Source: an uncultured Gammaproteobacteria bacterium
GTDB lineage: Bacteria; Pseudomonadota; Gammaproteobacteria; DRLM01
Length of the DNA stretch: 64,000 nt
Direction: 5' to 3'
NCBI GenBank assembly: GCA_963729605.1
Contig: CAVSNY010000002.1
Location: 96,001-160,000, forward strand
Shown here: positions 12,211 through 22,950 of the stretch, piece after piece
Layout: each line of letters opens with the position of its first letter
Position numbering within the stretch: the first letter of the stretch is position 1
Position numbers and translations under genes: made by a program
The notes under the pieces: generated by a model
What the model was told of the DNA's origin: nothing
The model's input: the letters and a program-made list of their open reading frames with translations, nothing else
Database searches by the model: none

Positions 12211-12325
12211 GTTGCTTCTCCCTGGTGAGTGCGTTAATGGGCCCGATCATACCCGATCTTATCCAGTAAAGTCATACGCGGCCGCCGGCTAGGCAGTGAT
12301 GGGGAGAAGCTGTTAATGTAACCGG

Positions 12326-13840
12326 ATGCCAAAGAAATACCTGGAAAAAATTCTCAAAGCGCGGGTTTACGACGTGGCGATAGAGACGCCGCTCGATCTC
12401 ATGCGCGCCCTTTCCGCGCGACTGGATAACCAAGTGTGGTTGAAGCGGGAAGACTTGCAACCGGTGTTTTCGTTCAAGCTGCGCGGCGCCTATAACAAGA
12501 TCGTGCACCTCGATGCCGAGCAGCGCGCCAGAGGGGTCATCGCCGCCTCGGCGGGCAATCACGCGCAAGGCGTGGCCTTGGCCGCCGGCCGCTTGGGGAT
12601 ACAGGCGCTGATCGTGATGCCGCGCACCACGCCGGATATTAAAGTGCAATCGGTGCGTAAATTGGGCGCCAAGGCCGTGCTGCACGGCGACACCTACGAC
12701 GAGGCCTACACCCGCGCGGTGAAACTGGCGGGTGAAAAGGACATGGTGTTCGTCCATCCTTACGACGATCCCGAGGTGATTGCCGGGCAGGGTACGGTGG
12801 CGATGGAGATATTGCGGCAGCACGAGGCGCCGCCGCACGCGATCTTCGTGCCGGTGGGCGGCGGCGGTTTGATCGCCGGGGTGTCCAGTTATGTGAAGGC
12901 GCTTTATCCCGAGGTGAAGGTGATCGGTGTCGAGCCCGACGACGCGCCCACCTTGCAGCGCGCCTTGCAGAAAAAGAAACGGGTGGTGTTGGAGCAGGTG
13001 GGCATCTTCGCCGACGGCGTGGCGGTGCGCCAGATCGGCGCGGAGCCGTTCCGTATCGCCCGCCAGTGCGTGGACGAGGTGATCCTGGTCAGCACCGACG
13101 AGATCTGCGCCGCCATCAAAGATATCTTCGACGACACCCGCTCCATCGCCGAGCCGGCGGGGGCGTTGGCGGTGGCGGGGATGAAGCGTTACGTGGAGCG
13201 CACCCAGCTCAGCGGCCTGCAGCTGGTGGCCATCGACAGCGGCGCCAATATGAACTTCGACCGGCTGCGCCACATCGCGGAACGCGCCGAGGTAGGCGAG
13301 CGCAACGAGGCGATCCTGGCGGTGACCATTCCCGAGCGGCCCGGCAGTTTCCGGTCTTTTTGCGAAGCCCTCGGCGCGCGCAACGTCACCGAGTTCAACT
13401 ACCGTTATTCCGATGCCACGGCGGCGCACGTATTCGCCGGCATTCAATTGCGGGGCGGCGAGGCGGAGCGGCTGGAGATCGTGGAGCGGCTGCGCGCCGA
13501 CGGTTATCCGGTGCTGGATCTGACCGAGAATGAAATGGCCAAGCTGCACATCCGCCACATGGTGGGCGGCCATGCGGCCGCTGTCGAGGACGAGGTGTTG
13601 TACCGCTTCGAATTCCCCGAGCGGCCGGGCGCCCTCTTACGCTTTCTGACCAATATGGGACAGCGCTGGAACATCAGCCTGTTCCATTACCGCAATCACG
13701 GCGCCGCCTACGGCCGGGTGTTGGTGGGTATTCAAGTGCCGGCCAATGATCGCGAACGCCTGCGCCAGTTTCTCACCGACCTGGGTTATGCCTACCAGGA
13801 AGAGACCGCCAATCCGGTCTACGGGTTGTTCCTGCGTTGA
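12326..13840 (+). CDS. ilvA: Biosynthetic threonine ammonia-lyase
   Basis: KREDLQPVFSFKLRGAYNK (PLP Lys), SAGNHAQG, two C-terminal ACT-like domains. Confidence 0.98.
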   Translation: MPKKYLEKILKARVYDVAIETPLDLMRALSARLDNQVWLKREDLQPVFSFKLRGAYNKIVHLDAEQRARGVIAASAGNHAQGVALAAGRLGIQALIVMPRTTPDIKVQSVRKLGAKAVLHGDTYDEAYTRAVKLAGEKDMVFVHPYDDPEVIAGQGTVAMEILRQHEAPPHAIFVPVGGGGLIAGVSSYVKALYPEVKVIGVEPDDAPTLQRALQKKKRVVLEQVGIFADGVAVRQIGAEPFRIARQCVDEVILVSTDEICAAIKDIFDDTRSIAEPAGALAVAGMKRYVERTQLSGLQLVAIDSGANMNFDRLRHIAERAEVGERNEAILAVTIPERPGSFRSFCEALGARNVTEFNYRYSDATAAHVFAGIQLRGGEAERLEIVERLRADGYPVLDLTENEMAKLHIRHMVGGHAAAVEDEVLYRFEFPERPGALLRFLTNMGQRWNISLFHYRNHGAAYGRVLVGIQVPANDRERLRQFLTDLGYAYQEETANPVYGLFLR

Positions 13841-13994
13841 AGTTGCCGAGCCCGCCGCAAGTGGCCGGGTGGCGAGGTGTCTTTGGTCGGGTCGAGACGG
13901 GGTGTGAGCTTCAAATACACGAAGGGCCCGCCATCGCGAGCCCTCCGTACAGCACTGCAAAAGCCGAAAACCGCTGCTGTTTTCGGCGGCTTGC

Positions 13995-14297
13995 TTAAGC
14001 CGGCATCGCGGAAGTGGCCTTCTTCTTGGAGGCTCTCTTCTTTGAAGCAGCTTTCTTTTTGCCAGCCTTTTTCTTGCCGGCTTTTTTCTTGCCGGCCTTC
14101 TTTTTTGAAGCGGCTTTCTTTTTGCCGACCTTTTTCTTAGCGGCTTTTTTCTTACCGGCTTTTTTCTTACCGGCCTTTTTGCGGGTGGCCTTTTTAGCGG
14201 TGGCCTTCTTGGCTACCACCTTTTTGGTGGTCGTTTTCTTCGCAGCTGACTTCTTCTTTGAAGTCACTTTCTTCTTCGTGGCTTTCTTTGTTGCCAT
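13995..14297 (-). CDS. Histone H1-like Lys/Ala-rich nucleoid protein
   Basis: MATKKATKKK... with tandem KKKAG/KKKAA repeats; GGAGG RBS upstream of ATG 14297. Confidence 0.8.
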   Translation of the reverse strand: MATKKATKKKVTSKKKSAAKKTTTKKVVAKKATAKKATRKKAGKKKAGKKKAAKKKVGKKKAASKKKAGKKKAGKKKAGKKKAASKKRASKKKATSAMPA

Positions 14298-14616
14298 TGT
14301 GATTCCTCCGTTGTGAACGTAGCGTTCGCTACTAAGTATAAACAACTTCTTTAAAAAACAAAGAGTGTTTATTCCAAAAGACTATCGAACGAATTTGAAC
14401 ATTCCTTTAGGGGCCGGCGGCGCATGCGATGCGTTGGCTTGAGAGGGCGGTGGTGTGCGAGTGATTTTTCACCCTCATCGCGACCTCGGAAACACTAACC
14501 AGCCGCGTGTGGGCGAGGTGAAAAATGCCATGTGAGACGGTTGGTGACGCCGGCGCGGCGCGGTGATCGAGTTGTGGGTTTTTCTCGAGAAAAACGCCGT
14601 ATTTTTAATACGACGC

Positions 14617-15075
14617 TTACTCCAGTTTCAGGATGTAGCGCCACGCTTCGGCGTTGATCGGCATGATGGAGAGCCGGTTGCCTTTGCGCAGCAGAATCAA
14701 GTCGGCGAGCGCGCGGTGATCTTTGAGTTCGGCGAGGGTGATGGTGCGTTTGAGGCGCCTCCGGAAGCGGACATCGACCATGTACCAGCGGGGCGCCTCC
14801 GGTGTGCTCTTGGGGTCGAAGTGGGGGTTTTCGGGGTCGAAGGCGGTGAAGTCGGGATAGGCTTGCCTGACTATCTCGACGATGCCGACGATGCCCGGCT
14901 CTTCACAACTGGAGTGGTAGAAGAAGGCTTGGTCGCCCTTTTTCATCTGGTCGCGGAGCATGTTTCGCGCCTGGTAATTGCGTACGCCGTCCCAGTGTTC
15001 GGTCTGTCCGGGGCGGGCTTGCAGGTCGTCGATGCCGAAGGTGTCCGGTTCTGATTTCATCAGCCAGTAATGCAT
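14617..15075 (-). CDS. EVE-domain protein
   Basis: YWLMKSEP, WDGVRNYQARN, FFYHS, RLSIMP. Confidence 0.93.
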   Translation of the reverse strand: MHYWLMKSEPDTFGIDDLQARPGQTEHWDGVRNYQARNMLRDQMKKGDQAFFYHSSCEEPGIVGIVEIVRQAYPDFTAFDPENPHFDPKSTPEAPRWYMVDVRFRRRLKRTITLAELKDHRALADLILLRKGNRLSIMPINAEAWRYILKLE

Positions 15076-15127
15076 GGATGCTCCTTGAGATGCGGGTGGC
15101 GAACGGTTCGGTGAAGCGTGGCGGGCG

Positions 15128-15787
15128 TTAAAACAAATAAATTTGTTGTTCGGTGGCGACAGCATCCAGCGGCACGTCCCAACTTTGGGGGGCGAGCGCT
15201 TCGACGCGTTGCAGTGCGTGGGCGATGCCGAGCAGGCGCGGTTTGCGCCAATGGCGGCGCTGGCGCAGGAACGACAGGCTGCGATCGTAAAATCCGCCGC
15301 CCATGCCGAGCCGGTTGCCTTGGGCGTCGAAACCGACCAAGGGCATCAGCAGCAGGTCCAATAACCGCGCATCGACGCTGCGCAGTCCCGCGCCGACCGG
15401 TTCGGGAATGCCGAAGAGGTTGGGCGCGAGCGGGTCGCCGGGATAATAAGGCGCGAAGCGCAAGCGGCGGTCCGGGGTGATGACCGGCAGGTAACAGGTT
15501 TTGCGCATGGTCCAGGCGTGGTGCAGCAGCGGGGTGAGATCCGGCTCGCCGTCGTTGGCGAGATAAAAACCAATGTGCCGGCTGCGGCGGAACAGCGCTG
15601 AACCGTGGATCAAGCGGGCCAGCTGGTGCGCGGCGCGCCGTTGTTGGGTCTTGTCCAGTTGCCGGCGTAGATCGCGCAGCCGGCGGCGTAAGGCCGGGCG
15701 GTCCGACAAAGTAGCGACTACGGGCGGGCCGGGGAGGTCGCTGAGCGCGGGGGTGGTGATGGGCGCGGGCGGTGTGTCGTCATTCAT
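15128..15787 (-). CDS. ygfA: 5-formyltetrahydrofolate cyclo-ligase
   Basis: PLVGFDAQGNRLGMGGGFYDR, WDVPLDAVATE; directly downstream of 6S RNA. Confidence 0.93.
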   Translation of the reverse strand: MNDDTPPAPITTPALSDLPGPPVVATLSDRPALRRRLRDLRRQLDKTQQRRAAHQLARLIHGSALFRRSRHIGFYLANDGEPDLTPLLHHAWTMRKTCYLPVITPDRRLRFAPYYPGDPLAPNLFGIPEPVGAGLRSVDARLLDLLLMPLVGFDAQGNRLGMGGGFYDRSLSFLRQRRHWRKPRLLGIAHALQRVEALAPQSWDVPLDAVATEQQIYLF

Positions 15788-15815
15788 TCCGGGGATGAGT
15801 CCGCGGTGAAAAAAA

Positions 15816-16000
15816 GCACCCTCCGCGTGAACCGTCGCGGGCCATCGCCCTTGAACCATTCGGTTCAGGTGGGGACACAATCAGTGTTTTTAGGCTTTCC
15901 GGCGCAGCGGACATGCACACCAACACTGGCAGGGTCCCCAAGGGTAATGAAATAGGGTCAAGGAGTAACTTGGCCCGCTAACGGGAACCGCAGAGGATGC
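15816..16000 (-). ncRNA. ssrS: 6S RNA
   Basis: Canonical zapA-ssrS-ygfA position; complementary ends (GCATCCTCTGCGG/CGCGGAGGGTGC); conserved CCTGAACC...GGTTCAAGGG 3' segment; about 185 nt. Confidence 0.9.
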
Positions 16001-16055
16001 GTTGTCGATTCTATCGTGAAACAGGGGGAAGAGAAACAAGCGGGCCCGAAGCCGA

Positions 16056-16370
16056 TTACAGGTCCATCTGGCGCGAGTCGTGGAGGGCGGCGTCGATTTT
16101 ATTTTGCAGGCTGCGGATGCGATGGCCGAGATTGTCGGATTGCGACTCGACCTCGTTGCGCGTCTTGAGCAGTTCATGGGTGATGTTGAGGGCGGCCATG
16201 ACCGCGATGCGGTCGGCGCCCACCACTTTGCCGCTGTCGCGGATTTCCTTCATTTTCTTGCCGAGGTAGGCGGCGGCGGCCAACAGGGCGTCGCGTTCAT
16301 CGTCCGGGCAGGCGATGCGGTATTCTTTTTCGAGAATGTGGACGATGGTGGGGTTGGTCGGATTGGTCAT
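16056..16370 (-). CDS. zapA: Cell division protein ZapA
   Basis: ILEKEYRIACP, RIAVMAALNITHELL. Confidence 0.93.
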   Translation of the reverse strand: MTNPTNPTIVHILEKEYRIACPDDERDALLAAAAYLGKKMKEIRDSGKVVGADRIAVMAALNITHELLKTRNEVESQSDNLGHRIRSLQNKIDAALHDSRQMDL

Positions 16371-16600
16371 GCTTCGGTTTCCAGCGATTTAAGGCGCAGT
16401 AACAGCATTTCCGTCTGGGTGCGCGCCAAGTCTGTTTTGTGCTGCAGCTTGGCGCGCTCGGTCACCAGCATGGTTTGTTGCTGGCGGAGCAGGCGGTTTT
16501 CTTCCTTGAGGCGCTGGCAGGTGCGGATGAGTTCGTCGAGCCGAAGATCGAGGCTGCGGATGTCGGTTTCGGTGATGCGGTTGGGTTTGTCGGTATTCAT
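16367..16600 (-). CDS. TIGR02449-family coiled-coil protein (ZapB-like)
   Basis: LDELIRTCQRLKEENRLLR...LKSLE; overlaps the zapA start. Confidence 0.82.
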   Translation of the reverse strand: MNTDKPNRITETDIRSLDLRLDELIRTCQRLKEENRLLRQQQTMLVTERAKLQHKTDLARTQTEMLLLRLKSLETEA

Positions 16601-16831
16601 GGGACATCAATATAGAGCGGCGCCGAAACGGGGTCAATCGCCGACTTTGGTAGTGGCGGTTTGGGCAGGCATGATAGCATAGCCTGCTTCTTAGGGTGCG
16701 TTGAGTAGGAGGGCGGCGGCATTCCGTTTCCGCGCCATGCAAGGCACGGCGGGATGGCGTTGAGTCAATTCAACAAGCCGTAAGTAAACGGCTATCCTCA
16801 AAGTGGATTTGTCACTTTATGTTATCGATCG

Positions 16832-17440
16832 ATGGAGAATGCCTTGAGTTCAGCGCCCCCGCCCTTTGATTATGATGCCTACGCCACTCTGTTTGAGGGG
16901 CTGGGTTTGGAGCTGGCGCCGGCGGAGGCCCATGGCGGTTTGGCGGGTTTGTTGTGCGCCACCGACACCGTCACCGTCGAGCAGTGGATCGCCGAGTTGA
17001 TGGCCGGTAAGCCGACCATCATGTTGGCCGACGATGGCGTGGCCGGGGCGGACGACGATACGCCGACCTTGCGGCGTCTGTATGAGCTCACCACCGATCA
17101 GTTGGAAGACCCCGATTACGGTTTTACTTTATTGTTGCCTGACGATGCTCATCCTCTGGCGGAGCGGACCGAGGCCTTGTCGCAATGGTGTCAGGGTTTT
17201 TTGTGGGGCCTGGGCCTGGGCGGCATTCAAGACGAGGCCAAGCTGCCGGGCGACGTGAATGAAGTGATGCGGGACATGTCGGAGATTTCGCGGCTGCGTT
17301 TCGCCGACCAGGGCGGCGGCAATGAAGATGAAACCGCCTATGCCGAGATCGTGGAATACGTGCGCATGGCGGCCTTGCTGGTTTACGAAGAATTACGCCC
17401 GCTGCGGGTGGCGCGGCCCGACGGGGATGTTGTGCACTAA
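16832..17440 (+). CDS. ygfB: UPF0149 (YgfB/YecA) family protein
   Basis: AEAHGGLAGLLC, LLLPDD, WCQGFLWGLG, EIVEYVRMA; upstream of pepP. Confidence 0.88.
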   Translation: MENALSSAPPPFDYDAYATLFEGLGLELAPAEAHGGLAGLLCATDTVTVEQWIAELMAGKPTIMLADDGVAGADDDTPTLRRLYELTTDQLEDPDYGFTLLLPDDAHPLAERTEALSQWCQGFLWGLGLGGIQDEAKLPGDVNEVMRDMSEISRLRFADQGGGNEDETAYAEIVEYVRMAALLVYEELRPLRVARPDGDVVH

Positions 17441-17455
17441 TCGAGGACTCGCCGG

Positions 17456-18799
17456 GTGTTGGATAACAGGGAATTCGCGAAACGCCGCAAGCAATTGATG
17501 CGCATGATGGGCGAGGACGCCATGGCCATCCTGCCCGCCGCGCCGCAGCGTCACCGCAATCGCGACAGCGAGTATCCGTACCGCCAGGACAGCGACTTTT
17601 TCTATCTCACCGGTTTCGGCGAGCCCGAGGCGGTGGCGGTGCTGGTGCCGCAGCGCGAGCAGGGCGAATACGTATTGTTCTGCCGCGACCGCGACCCGAT
17701 GATGGAAATCTGGAACGGCCGGCGCGCCGGACCGGACGGGGCCCGCGAGCGCTATGGCGCCGATGACGCCTATCCCATCGGCGATATCGACGACATCCTG
17801 CCCGGCCTGCTGGAAAACCGCGAGCGGGTTTATTACAGCATGGGTTACAGTCCCGAGTTCGATCAACGGCTGATGGCCTGGGTCAACCGGGTGCGGGCGC
17901 GTTCCCGCGGCGGCAGTCACGCGCCGGTGGAATTCGTCGCCCTCGAACATGTCCTGCACGACATGCGGCTTTATAAGAGTCCGGCGGAGATTAAAGTCAT
18001 GCGCCGGTCGGCGAGCATTGCCGCCGCCGCCCATCAACGCGCCATGCGCATGTGCCGCCCCGGCATGATGGAGTATGAAATCGAGGCGGAGTTTCTCCAC
18101 GAGTTCCGCCGCGCCGGGGCCTGGGTGTCGTACAACCCCATCGTCGCCGGCGGCGGCAATGCCTGCATCCTGCATTACACCGAGAACAACGCGCCGCTGC
18201 GCGACGGCGATCTGCTGCTCATCGACGCCGGCGCCGAGTTGCACGGCTACGCCTCCGACATCACCCGCACCTTTCCGGTCAACGGCCGCTTCAGCCCCGC
18301 CCAGCGCGCGCTGTACGAAGTGGTGCTGGCGGCGCAGCAGGCCGCTTTCGATTGCATCCGGCCGGGCAGTCATTGGAATGAACCGCACGACGCGGCGGTG
18401 CGCACGCTCACCGCGGGCCTGGTCGAGCTGGGTTTGCTCAAAGGCAAGGTCGATGATTTGATCGCCGGCGAGGCCTATCGGCGGTTTTACATGCACCGCA
18501 CCGGCCACTGGCTGGGCATGGATGTCCATGACGTCGGCGATTACAAAGTGGGCGGCCAGTGGCGGGTGCTGGAGCCGGGCATGGTGCTCACCGTGGAACC
18601 CGGTTTGTACATCGCCGCCGGCAGCAAAGGCGTGGCGAAAAAATGGTGGGACATCGGCATTCGTATCGAAGACGACGTGCTGGTCACCAAGCAGGGCCAT
18701 GAGGTGTTGACGAAGGCGGCGCCCAAGACCGTCGCCGAGATCGAAGCCTTGATGGATGGTGCGCGGCCTGAATCCACGCCGCGGGCGCGGCATGCTTGA
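17456..18799 (+). CDS. pepP: Xaa-Pro aminopeptidase
   Basis: [46 protein letters not shown]. Confidence 0.96.
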   Translation: MLDNREFAKRRKQLMRMMGEDAMAILPAAPQRHRNRDSEYPYRQDSDFFYLTGFGEPEAVAVLVPQREQGEYVLFCRDRDPMMEIWNGRRAGPDGARERYGADDAYPIGDIDDILPGLLENRERVYYSMGYSPEFDQRLMAWVNRVRARSRGGSHAPVEFVALEHVLHDMRLYKSPAEIKVMRRSASIAAAAHQRAMRMCRPGMMEYEIEAEFLHEFRRAGAWVSYNPIVAGGGNACILHYTENNAPLRDGDLLLIDAGAELHGYASDITRTFPVNGRFSPAQRALYEVVLAAQQAAFDCIRPGSHWNEPHDAAVRTLTAGLVELGLLKGKVDDLIAGEAYRRFYMHRTGHWLGMDVHDVGDYKVGGQWRVLEPGMVLTVEPGLYIAAGSKGVAKKWWDIGIRIEDDVLVTKQGHEVLTKAAPKTVAEIEALMDGARPESTPRARHA

Positions 18800-20042
18800 G
18801 CCGGTCGATCACGATGTGGTGATCGTCGGCGGCGGCATGGTGGGGGCCAGCCTCGCCATCGCCTTGAGCGCCACGCCGCTCAAAGTGGCGTTGTTGGAAG
18901 CGGTGCCCTTCCGTTCGCAGAGCCAGCCCAGTTACGACGACCGCGCCATCGCCCTCGCTTACGGCACGCGCCGCATCTTCGGCGGCATGGGCCTGTGGCC
19001 GGCGCTGGCGCCGCAGGTCACGCCCATCGAACGCATTCACATCTCCGACCGCGGTCACTTCGGCGCCACGCGTTTGGATCGCCGCGATGCCGAGGTGGAG
19101 GCGCTGGGTTACGTGGCCGAGAGCCGGGTGGTGGGCGCGGTGGTGGCGGAACGTTTAACCCAGCTTTCCAAGCTCACCGTACTGTGTCCGGCTACTGTCA
19201 CCGACGTGGTATTGGGTGGCAACGGCGCCGAGGTGGTGGTGAAAGAGGGCGAGCTGCAGCGGCGTTTGCGCTGCCGCTTGGTGGTGGCCGCCGACGGCGC
19301 CACCTCCACGGTGCGCGAGTTGTTGGGCATCGCCATGCAGCGTTGGGAATACGGCCAGACCGCGATCATCACCAATGTCACGCCCGACCGGCCGCACGGC
19401 AATCGCGCCTATGAACGTTTCACCGACAGCGGGCCGCTGGCGCTGCTGCCCATGTCGGACAACCGCTATTCCGTGGTGTGGACGGTGCGCGCCGATTACG
19501 CCGCTCGCGTGCTGGCCATGGATGACGCGGCCTTTCTGGCGGCCTTGCAGACGCGCGCCGGGCGGCGGATCGGTCACTTGATCAAGGTGGGGCGCCGCCG
19601 CGATTATCCCTTGGCCATGGTGCGGGCGCGCGAACATGTGCGGCCGCGGCTGGCCTTGATCGGCAACGCCGCCCACACCCTGCACCCGGTGGCGGGCCAG
19701 GGTTTCAATCTCGGCGTGCGCGACGTGGCGGTACTGGCCGAGGTGTTGAGCGACGCCGCGGCGGCGGGACAGGACATCGGCGCCTTGGAGGTGTTGCAGC
19801 GTTATGCCGCTTGGCGGCAGCGCGATCATCTCAAAATGATCGCCTTCACCGACGGCTTGGCGCGGGTGTTCGCCAATCCGCTGTGGCCGGTGCGCGCCGT
19901 GCGCAACATGAGTATGGTGATGGTCGATCTGCTGCCGCCGCTGAAACACATGTTGACCCGCCACACCATGGGCCTGGCCGGCAAGCTGCCGCGCCTGGCG
20001 AGGGGTTTGTCATTGCAAGGGACGCGCGATGAATCGGTCTGA
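18792..20042 (+). CDS. ubiH: 2-octaprenyl-6-methoxyphenol hydroxylase
   Basis: [32 protein letters not shown]; pepP-ubiH-ubiI synteny. Confidence 0.9.
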   Translation: MLEPVDHDVVIVGGGMVGASLAIALSATPLKVALLEAVPFRSQSQPSYDDRAIALAYGTRRIFGGMGLWPALAPQVTPIERIHISDRGHFGATRLDRRDAEVEALGYVAESRVVGAVVAERLTQLSKLTVLCPATVTDVVLGGNGAEVVVKEGELQRRLRCRLVVAADGATSTVRELLGIAMQRWEYGQTAIITNVTPDRPHGNRAYERFTDSGPLALLPMSDNRYSVVWTVRADYAARVLAMDDAAFLAALQTRAGRRIGHLIKVGRRRDYPLAMVRAREHVRPRLALIGNAAHTLHPVAGQGFNLGVRDVAVLAEVLSDAAAAGQDIGALEVLQRYAAWRQRDHLKMIAFTDGLARVFANPLWPVRAVRNMSMVMVDLLPPLKHMLTRHTMGLAGKLPRLARGLSLQGTRDESV

Positions 20043-21252
20043 GCAATACGATGTGCTGATCGTCGGTGCCGGCATGGTCGGCGCCACCCTCGCCTGCGCC
20101 TTGGCCGGCTCGTCGCTGCGGGTCGCGATCCTGGAAGGCGTCACGCCGCGGGAGGTGAACGCCGCCGATCCGGTCGATCTGCGCGTCTCCGCCGTCACCC
20201 GCGCTTCGCAAAATATTTTCACCGCGCTGGGTGCCTGGGAAGGCATGGCGGCGCGGCGGGTGAGCCCCTACCGCGAGATGCATGTGTGGGACGCCGGCGG
20301 CGACGGCGTGATTCATTTCGACAGCGCCGAGGTGGGCGAGGCCGAACTGGGGCACATCGTCGAGAACCGCGTGGTGCAAATCGCTTTGTGGGAACAGCTG
20401 CAGCGTGCGGAAAATATCAGCGTCTTTTGTCCCGCCGCCTGCGCCGAGTTGCGACGCGAGGCCGAGCACATCAGCGTGCGGCTGGACGACGGCCGGCTGC
20501 TCGGTGCGCGGTTGGTGGTGGGCGCGGACGGCGCGCAGTCGCGGGTGCGGCGCTTTGCCCGCATCGCCGTGCACGGCTGGCAATACGATCAACACGGCGT
20601 GGTGGCGACGGTGCGTAGCGAACGCGGTCATCGCGAAACCGCCTGGCAGCGTTTTTTGCCCGACGGTCCGCTGGCGTTTTTGCCGCTGCATGACGGCCGT
20701 TGTTCCATCGTCTGGTCCACGTCGCCGGCGCATGCCGCGCGTTTGCTGGCCATGGAGGACGCGGCGTTTTGCGAAGACCTCACCCGCGCCTTCGCCGGCA
20801 CGCTGGGACGGATTGAAGCCACCAGCGAACGCGCCGCCTTTCCGCTGCACTTGCAACACGCGGAACGTTATGTGACGGCGGGTCTGGCCTTGATCGGCGA
20901 CGCGGCGCACACCGTGCACCCGCTGGCGGGGCAGGGCGTTAATCTGGGCATACTCGACGCGGCGGCCTTGGCGGAGGTCTTGCTCGATGCCCGCGCCGCC
21001 CACAAAGATATCGCGAGCCTCGCGGTGCTGCGCCGTTATGAGCGCTGGCGCAAGGGCCACAATCTGTTGATGATGGCCAGCATGGACGGCTTCAAACGCC
21101 TGTTCGGCAGCGACTGGTGGCCGCTGCGGGTCGCGCGCAATGCGGGGCTCACTCTCACCGATCGGCTGAGTCCGGTCAAACATCACATCATGGCGCAGGC
21201 CATGGGCCGCGGCGGCGATCTGCCGCGCTTGGCGCGGGCCGTGATTCTTTAG
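20029..21252 (+). CDS. ubiI: UbiI/VisC-family FAD hydroxylase
   Basis: DLRVSAV, GHIVEN, GDAAHTVHPLAGQGVNLG. Confidence 0.82.
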   Translation: MNRSEQYDVLIVGAGMVGATLACALAGSSLRVAILEGVTPREVNAADPVDLRVSAVTRASQNIFTALGAWEGMAARRVSPYREMHVWDAGGDGVIHFDSAEVGEAELGHIVENRVVQIALWEQLQRAENISVFCPAACAELRREAEHISVRLDDGRLLGARLVVGADGAQSRVRRFARIAVHGWQYDQHGVVATVRSERGHRETAWQRFLPDGPLAFLPLHDGRCSIVWSTSPAHAARLLAMEDAAFCEDLTRAFAGTLGRIEATSERAAFPLHLQHAERYVTAGLALIGDAAHTVHPLAGQGVNLGILDAAALAEVLLDARAAHKDIASLAVLRRYERWRKGHNLLMMASMDGFKRLFGSDWWPLRVARNAGLTLTDRLSPVKHHIMAQAMGRGGDLPRLARAVIL

Positions 21253-21511
21253 CGCAATGCCGCCGTGCCTCGTTTGAACAAGCCTCGATAAAACCCGCGC
21301 GCCGTTCAGGCGTGAAGACATCAGAGCGGATTGCTCAAACGAATTTCGAGTGTCTCGTAGGCCGGTGGATTCAGCGTGAATTCAGGGTGGGCGCATTAAG
21401 CTCGACCCGGCATGCGGTTTTATACCCGGCGTTCACGGCCGCTGAACGGGCCGATTCTTCGATCTCCGCTTTTTCCATGGTGTCCGTCAGCATTTCCGCA
21501 AAGGTTTTGCT

Positions 21512-22738
21512 ATGACTCTGTTTCAGATTATCGCGATATTGGTGGTACTCGCGGCGCTGTTCGGTTATCTCAATTACCGTTATATCGGGTTGCCGTCCAC
21601 CGTCGGCTTGATGGTGATGGCCCTGGCCTTGTCCGGTGTTTTGGAAGGCTTGGGCGCGCTGGGATTCGGCATGGAAGAACGCGCCGCGCATTTCCTGGCG
21701 CGCATCGATTTCAATCAAACCGTCTTGCATGGGATGTTGGGCTTTCTGCTGTTCGCCGGGGCCTTGCATGTCAATTTCGAGGAGTTGGCGCAACAGCGGT
21801 GGGCGGTGATGCTGCTCGCGACGCTGGGCGTGGTGTTGTCTACCTTGATCATCGGCGTCTTGTTGTGGCTGGTGTTGGGTTGGTTGGGTATTCCTCTGTC
21901 GTTTATCTATTGTTTGATTTTCGGCGCCCTGATCTCGCCGACCGATCCGATCGCGGTCCTGGCGATACTCAAAGGGCTGGACGCGCCCAAGGGGTTGGAG
22001 ATGAAGATCGCCGGCGAGTCCTTGTTCAATGACGGCGTGGGCGTGGTGCTGTTTTTGGTCCTGATGGGGCTCGCGACCGGTAACGGCCACCTTGCCGCAA
22101 CCGACATCGGCTGGCTGTTGGTGAAGGAATGGCTGGGCGGCGTGGTGTTCGGGCTGGTCAGCGGCGCGACGGCCTGCTGGTTGTTGGCGCGCGTCGATGA
22201 TTATCAAGTCGAGGTGCTGATCACCCTGGCGCTGGTGATGGGCGGTTTTGCCCTGGCCGAGGCCTGGCAGTTGTCGGCGCCGCTCGCCATCGTGGTGGCG
22301 GGTTTGTTGATCGGTAATCGCGGCCGTCGCTTCGCCATATCGGCGCAAACCCGCCAGCGCTTGGATACGTTCTGGGAATTGATCGACGAAATCTTCAATG
22401 CCGTGTTATTCGTGCTGATCGGTTTGGAGGTGTTGGTACTGGTGTATACCTGGAATTATTTGCTCGCCAGTCTGGTGGCGATTCCTATCGTATTGCTGGC
22501 GCGTTTCATCAGCGTCGGCGTGCCGGTGGGCTTGCTGCGCAGCGTGCAGGTCTTTGCGCCCAACACCGTGAAGATTCTCACCTGGGGCGGTTTGCGGGGC
22601 GGCGTATCGGTGGCGTTGGCCTTGGCCTTGCCGGCGGGCCCCGAGCGGGGTGTCATTCTGCCGGTCACTTACGCGGTGGTGGCCTTTTCCATCATTGCGC
22701 AGGGCCTCACCGTCGGGCGCTTGCTGCGGAGGGTTTAA
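21512..22738 (+). CDS. CPA1-family Na+/H+ antiporter (NhaP-like)
   Basis: FGALISPTDPIAV, GESLFNDG, WGGLRGG; multi-TM. Confidence 0.92.
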   Translation: MTLFQIIAILVVLAALFGYLNYRYIGLPSTVGLMVMALALSGVLEGLGALGFGMEERAAHFLARIDFNQTVLHGMLGFLLFAGALHVNFEELAQQRWAVMLLATLGVVLSTLIIGVLLWLVLGWLGIPLSFIYCLIFGALISPTDPIAVLAILKGLDAPKGLEMKIAGESLFNDGVGVVLFLVLMGLATGNGHLAATDIGWLLVKEWLGGVVFGLVSGATACWLLARVDDYQVEVLITLALVMGGFALAEAWQLSAPLAIVVAGLLIGNRGRRFAISAQTRQRLDTFWELIDEIFNAVLFVLIGLEVLVLVYTWNYLLASLVAIPIVLLARFISVGVPVGLLRSVQVFAPNTVKILTWGGLRGGVSVALALALPAGPERGVILPVTYAVVAFSIIAQGLTVGRLLRRV

Positions 22739-22885
22739 AGGCTGTCCGCGCGAGGGCGCGCGCACTATATATATAGAAAATCAGCCTCAACTCCGTTGCG
22801 GCATCTACTCATTGATTCAACTGATTTTAAGGGGGCTCTGGAGCCGCCCCGGGGCGAGGCCTCTCCGCGGGCGCTTGCGATAAAT

Positions 22886-22904
22886 AATGATAATGATTAT
22901 CATT
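22886..22904. promoter_or_regulatory. Fur box
   Basis: Perfect 9-1-9 palindrome AATGATAAT-G-ATTATCATT just upstream of an Fe(III)-binding protein gene. Confidence 0.9.
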
Positions 22905-22950
22905 TTTTAAACTTCGATCCATCATCCGGATTTGGCAAGAGGAGCGCGAA

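Noticed and set aside
14030-14200. Tandem 15-bp repeats considered as a CRISPR or VNTR
   Set aside because: No spacers; these are coding pentapeptide repeats. No CRISPR array or cas gene was seen in the window.
14014-14316. Phe/Ala-rich hydrophobic ORF on the + strand
   Set aside because: It is the reverse complement of the Lys-rich histone-like gene, which has the RBS.
15890-16177. 95-aa ORF and the ygfA extension to 15880
   Set aside because: Both overlap the 6S RNA or zapA and are spurious.
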